Shown here one piece after another: positions 26,430 to 28,748 of a DNA stretch of 28,748 bases. Origin of the DNA: Candidatus Hadarchaeales archaeon (GTDB taxonomy: Archaea > Hadarchaeota > Hadarchaeia > Hadarchaeales > Hadarchaeaceae); the NCBI GenBank assembly GCA_038851075.1, contig JAWCLG010000012.1:1-28748 (forward strand), written 5' to 3'. Below the pieces are notes generated by a model. That model ran no database searches, was not told the DNA's origin, and saw only the letters and a list, made by a program, of their open reading frames with translations. A program made the translations under genes and the position numbers. How positions within the stretch are numbered: the stretch's first letter is position 1; every line of letters begins with the position of its first letter.

Positions 26430-26963
26430 ATGATAGAGGTAAGATTTCACGGACGCGGGGGACAGGGAGCAGTAACCGCCGCAAGGCTTCTGGCCCAGGC
26501 CGCCTTTTACGAGGGAAAATATTCCCAGTCATTTCCTTTCTTCGGCGCGGAGAGAAGGGGGGCGCCGGTGCTCGCGTTTGCGCGTATAGATGACAGGCCG
26601 ATAGGGATAAGGACGCAGATATACGAGCCGGACTGCGTGGTCGTGCTTGATTCGTCTCTTCTGAAGTTCGTCAACGTGGCGTCCGGGATAAAGAGGGATG
26701 GAAAGATAGTGCTCAACGCGAAGGAACCGGTGAAGTTCCCGGGCGCCAGCACATACGTAGTCGATGCCACAGGAGTCGCCATGGAGACGCTGGGCGCGCC
26801 GATAACAAACACCGCGATGCTGGGGGCCTTCGCCAGGGCGACCGGAGCGGTGGGACTTGAGTCCGTCATCAGGGCGATCCAGGAGTATTTCCCCTCAAAA
26901 ATCGTTGAGAAGAACGTTAATGCCGTGAAGGCAGCATATGAGAGGACGAGGTCGGTTGAATGA
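26430..26963 (+). CDS. porG: Pyruvate/ketoisovalerate:ferredoxin oxidoreductase gamma subunit
   Basis: [33 protein letters not shown]. Confidence 0.94.
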   Translation: MIEVRFHGRGGQGAVTAARLLAQAAFYEGKYSQSFPFFGAERRGAPVLAFARIDDRPIGIRTQIYEPDCVVVLDSSLLKFVNVASGIKRDGKIVLNAKEPVKFPGASTYVVDATGVAMETLGAPITNTAMLGAFARATGAVGLESVIRAIQEYFPSKIVEKNVNAVKAAYERTRSVE

Positions 26964-27232
26964 GCTCGAAGAAGACAACTGTTGGGGCGGTTGTGCTGGA
27001 GCCCGGTAACACGGTTCGGAACGAGACGGGAAGCTGGAGAAGCATGAGGCCGGTCGTAGATGAGTCCAAGTGCACTGGATGCGGCATATGCTGGCTCTAT
27101 TGCCCGGATGCGGCCATAAGCAAGGAAAAGCCGGTGAGAATAGATTACAGCCACTGCAAGGGCTGCGGCATATGCGCAAACGAGTGTCCTGCCAAGGCGA
27201 TAAGGATGGTGATGGAGGAGGAGGGGAAATGA
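26960..27232 (+). CDS. porD: Pyruvate/ketoisovalerate:ferredoxin oxidoreductase delta subunit
   Basis: [34 protein letters not shown]. Confidence 0.94.
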   Translation: MSSKKTTVGAVVLEPGNTVRNETGSWRSMRPVVDESKCTGCGICWLYCPDAAISKEKPVRIDYSHCKGCGICANECPAKAIRMVMEEEGK

Positions 27233-28413
27233 AGGAGTTCATGAACGGCAACGAGGCGGCCGCGCTAGGCGCCAAGCTCGCGAGGGTGAAGGTCATCTCC
27301 GCCTACCCGATAACCCCGCAGACGGTGGTGGTTGAGAAGCTGGCCGACTACGTGGCGGATGGGGAGCTAGACGCAGAGTATATCAAGGTGGAGTCGGAGC
27401 ACAGCGCGCTGAGCGCCTGCATAGGGGCAGCGGCAACTGGAGTCAGGGCATTCACAGCCACATCCTCCCAGGGCCTGATACTGATGAGCGAGATAATGTA
27501 CATAGCCTCGGGGCTGAGGATCCCCCTTGTCATGGCAAACGCCAACAGATCCCTTTCCGCTCCACTCTCAATATGGAACGACCAGCAGGACTCCATGGCG
27601 GTGAGGGACAGCGGATGGATCCAGATCTACTGCGAGAACAACCAGGAGATACTTGACTCGGTGATCCAGGCATTCAGGATAGCGGAGGAGGCGCTTCTTC
27701 CCGTGATGGTGTGCTACGATGGCTACATACTATCCCACACGTCAGAGCCTGTGGATGTGCCCTCTAAGGAGGATGTGGACGGGTTCCTGCCCCCATACAG
27801 ATATCCCCACCCCCTCGACCCCGAGCGTCCGGTCACCATCGGCGCGGTCGGTGTCCCCGAGTACTATGAGGAGTTCAGGCACCAGCTCCAGGAGGCGATG
27901 TTGCAGGCGAAGTGGATCGTTGCCAGAGTTGGTGACGACTACGGAAGGACGTTCGGCAGAAAATATGGACTCATGGAATGCTACAGGTGCGAAGACGCGG
28001 AGATAATCGCTGTGACGATGGGATCCCTCGCAGGCACCCTGAGAAAGGTCATCGATGATTACAGGAAGGAAGGGAGCAAGGTGGGTTTGGTAAAGCTCAG
28101 GCTCTACAGGCCCTTCCCGGCCGAGGAGCTGGCGCAGGTCCTCTCCGGGGCCAGGGGCGTCTGCGTGATGGAGAAGGACATATCACCCGGTGCGACCGGT
28201 GGATTATTCTCGGACGTTGCGTCGGCGTTTGTCAACAGGAGGGATGCCCCGGTCATGCTGAACTTCGTCTGCGGGCTCGGAGGGAGAGATGTAACCGAGG
28301 AACAGATAAGAGAGGCCCTGAAGGAGACGTTTGAGGCGGCGAGGAGCGGGAAGTCGGAAAAAGTGGTGAGGTGGCTCGGGTTGAGGGAGACCGTGGTGGG
28401 TGATATTGAATGA
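27229..28413 (+). CDS. porA: Pyruvate/ketoisovalerate:ferredoxin oxidoreductase alpha subunit
   Basis: [40 protein letters not shown]; true start ATG 27229 overlaps porD stop. Confidence 0.94.
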   Translation: MKEFMNGNEAAALGAKLARVKVISAYPITPQTVVVEKLADYVADGELDAEYIKVESEHSALSACIGAAATGVRAFTATSSQGLILMSEIMYIASGLRIPLVMANANRSLSAPLSIWNDQQDSMAVRDSGWIQIYCENNQEILDSVIQAFRIAEEALLPVMVCYDGYILSHTSEPVDVPSKEDVDGFLPPYRYPHPLDPERPVTIGAVGVPEYYEEFRHQLQEAMLQAKWIVARVGDDYGRTFGRKYGLMECYRCEDAEIIAVTMGSLAGTLRKVIDDYRKEGSKVGLVKLRLYRPFPAEELAQVLSGARGVCVMEKDISPGATGGLFSDVASAFVNRRDAPVMLNFVCGLGGRDVTEEQIREALKETFEAARSGKSEKVVRWLGLRETVVGDIE

Positions 28414-28748
28414 GCGCGATGACCGCTGTGCCGGATGAGGAGCTGTTCGCGCCCGGGCACAGGGCGTGTGCCGGCTGTGGGGAGGCGCTGGCGATAAGGC
28501 TCATCCTGAAGGCGCTGGGGAAAAATGTCATAGTTTCGTCTCCCACGGGCTGCATGGAGGTGATAAGCACACCGTATCCGGAGACGGCGTGGAGGGTTCC
28601 CTGGATACACGTTGCATTCGAGAACGCGGCCGCGGTGGCATCGGGTGTATCGAGGGCGCTGAAGGTTCTCGGCAGAAGGGACATCAAGTCGGTTGTTATT
28701 GCTGGGGACGGCGGGACGGTTGACATAGGATTCCAGGCGCTTTCGGGG
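28410..28748 (+). CDS. porB: Pyruvate/ketoisovalerate:ferredoxin oxidoreductase beta subunit, runs off window end
   Basis: Manual translation [24 protein letters not shown]...PTGCMEV...[10 protein letters not shown]...[16 protein letters not shown] (TPP-binding GDG). Confidence 0.94.
   Translation, partial: MSAMTAVPDEELFAPGHRACAGCGEALAIRLILKALGKNVIVSSPTGCMEVISTPYPETAWRVPWIHVAFENAAAVASGVSRALKVLGRRDIKSVVIAGDGGTVDIGFQALSG

Noticed and set aside
27070-27228. Long N-terminal extension of porA in the ORF track
   Set aside because: Overlaps porD in another frame; real start is ATG 27229 after a GGAGG-rich SD
24297-28748. ZIP-permease-thioredoxin genes next to the POR operon as a novel system
   Set aside because: The DUF318 permease plus MTH895 thioredoxin pair is common, and porG appears to have its own TATA (TTTTATTA near 26397); no selenocysteine TGA seen
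1-28748. CRISPR array, IS element, provirus or att site
   Set aside because: No regularly spaced repeats, transposase or integrase motifs, or direct duplication of a tRNA 3' end seen by eye

Overview
Archaeal core-genome window with no mobile elements or CRISPR. Gene content (SepF, group II GGGP synthase, psmB-FttA pairing, eS26, type A RNase P RNA) fits an anaerobic, Hadarchaeia-like lineage; this taxonomy is inference only. It holds translation and RNA-processing genes (DTD2, ABCE1, two Sm/LSm proteins, aCPSF1/FttA, ZPR1, PUA protein, eL37, eL40, eS26), ether-lipid genes (egsA, GGGPS), a proteasome beta subunit, a diaminopimelate lysine operon, NnrD, rubrerythrin, a membrane-anchored HTH regulator locus, ZIP/permease/thioredoxin genes, a pyruvate/ketoisovalerate:ferredoxin oxidoreductase operon, four tRNA genes and RNase P RNA. 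Main findings: (1) an initiator tRNA-Met gene at 10819-11018, hidden under spurious ORFs, interrupted by four bulge-helix-bulge introns (10/11, 37/38, 45/46, 59/60) and preceded by a duplicate of its own acceptor strand; (2) a DAP lysine operon lacking dapL/dapDCE/ddh/dapF but headed by a class III aminotransferase whose 'glutamate switch' is replaced by Thr, a candidate new DAP aminotransferase; (3) an unannotated 40-aa CxxC-x5-CxxH microprotein antisense within that operon.
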